This document shows, one piece after another, positions 62,536-64,000 of a stretch of 64,000 nucleotides of DNA. The stretch comes from Ascidiella aspersa (taxonomy: Eukaryota). Below the pieces are notes generated by a model, which made no database searches, was not told the DNA's origin, and saw nothing but the letters and a program-made list of their open reading frames with translations. Both the position numbers and the translations under genes were made by a program. Where the stretch lies: positions 2,480,001-2,544,000 of the forward strand of contig OZ004607.1 in assembly GCA_963924565.1 (NCBI GenBank). The letters are read 5' to 3'. The number at the start of each line of letters is the position of its first letter. Positions within the stretch are counted from its first letter, which is position 1.

Positions 62536-63901
62536 CAGGGCCGGATTGTGGGTCCTGTAGGCCTAAGGCTATTTACCAGGAAAGGGCCTAATTTTGCAAA
62601 CGAATCTATAAAAAGTAGTAAAAACACATACATGAAAAATTGAAATTATATACCGGAAAATACCACAAACATAATATAAAAACATGTAATAAATGTAATT
62701 AAGTGTCATAGACTCATAGTGTAGGGGAGATGAGGGACAGTGGTTCACTTTTGAAGTTTTTATATCTGCAGGTTTAATTGCGTCCTAAAATCGGATTTAG
62801 AGGTCGTAACGTGAAGTTTAATCTACCCTTCAACATACCACAGCACTTAGCTTAAATTGTGAGAAGAGAAAAGTTAAATTAAGGCAGTTCCTAATTATTT
62901 AACAAATCAGTCATTTCAAATCAAACTAAAACCATTACAAAGCTTATTTTTGGACTCCGCCGAGATATTTTTATATTCGACTAATGTTTTGTCACTCTAC
63001 ATTCGCCGAGATGATTCCTAGATTTTTATTTTAATAATGCGGTATTAATATTTGCCAAATACCGTACGCTGTACATAACCTAGTTGATGAATATTGGCCT
63101 AAAAGTTGACCTTGAGTAACCCCGTGGCATACCTTGCGCGTTTCACGATGGAATGTTCTTTTGCAAACTCTTTAAGAAAATTGGGAAATCTCTGCACCAG
63201 AAAGCTTAAAGATTAGGCAAAGGGTATCGCTAAGTAAGTGACTGTCCGAAAAAACGCTGACGCCGCACCAAATGGCTACATATACAATAATTGTTTCTCC
63301 ACAGCGACAGGCCTTTATCAAATCTTGCCACACGCAAACGTACGATTAGGCGTAAAACTTCGCGACAAAACGTAATAAAAGGATACAACATTCTACTTTG
63401 AACATCCCTACTTGCGAGTAAATCAAAAGTCGTGTCAGAAAAATGAGTTACAATACGTTACAAGTGGAGATATACCGATATATCGGTATCGGTAAATGTA
63501 GGCCGATACTTTGGCCGATATTTTAGAAAAAATATATGATTTAATTTTTCCTGTAACAAACAAAAATAAATTGGTTTCAGCATCACGCCAAGTTAATATG
63601 CAAAATAATAGTTTAATAAAACTAAATCTTAGGTATATAAAAGAATCGGTATCGGGAATCGGTTGACAAAATGGTAAAAATTTGGGTATCGGTCCAAAAG
63701 GTATATCGGTCGATCTCCAGTTACAAGAAAGGTCATAACTAAAATCACAAATTTAAGTTAACACGCAAATCTTATAAATGAAGACACTTGTGTAGTTGGG
63801 TTTTGCAAACTTCGACCTAGCTAGAAAGTTATGCCCGTGGCCCACATATGACCTCTCCGTGCCCCCCCAAGGGGGGCGAGGGCCACGGTTGAGAAACCCT
63901 G
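62536..63901. mobile_element. Composite of DNA-transposon fragments
   Basis: CAGGGCCGGATT left end at 62536 and GGTTGAGAAACCCTG right end at 63901; no matching TSD. Confidence 0.35.
63465..63719. mobile_element. hAT (Ac-type) MITE with TATCGG repeats
   Basis: TGGAGAT/ATCTCCA TIRs; perfect TSD GTTACAAG. Confidence 0.9.
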
Positions 63902-64000
63902 TACTAGATTCTAGAACAAAATACAGATTCTATTAGATGAGATAATTTTTCTTTTTTGCCTCAAAAGTCGTTTCATTGTTTAAATCTTTAAATATCTTTT

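Overview
AT-rich animal (invertebrate-like) genomic DNA; I cannot name the species from sequence alone. The window is a head-to-tail tandem cluster of one lineage-specific C2H2 zinc-finger family, all on the + strand with intronless CDSs. There are 9 copies with open finger arrays (6-11 fingers), 3 clear pseudogenes and 3 small remnants. Every copy that retains finger 1 has an HX4H first finger followed by an invariant 'HFKKH(K/E)C' linker. Most have a short acidic leader with no recognisable KRAB, SCAN, BTB or ZAD domain. The cluster grew by kb-scale segmental duplication and deletion and is heavily invaded by transposons: a Mag-like Ty3/Gypsy element with open gag-pro-pol (1-1700), a young non-coding LTR element (8088-11976), many hAT MITEs with 8-bp TSDs including a nested stack at 40.3-45.3 kb, two CACTA/CMC-like elements carrying spliced cargo, tRNA-derived SINE heads, and a Penelope-type fragment with a minimal hammerhead ribozyme. 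The most unusual signal is a ~165-nt structured, B-box-containing non-coding element on the minus strand. It has a vault-RNA-like panhandle and was co-duplicated five times with the ZNF units. Identities and folds were estimated by eye.
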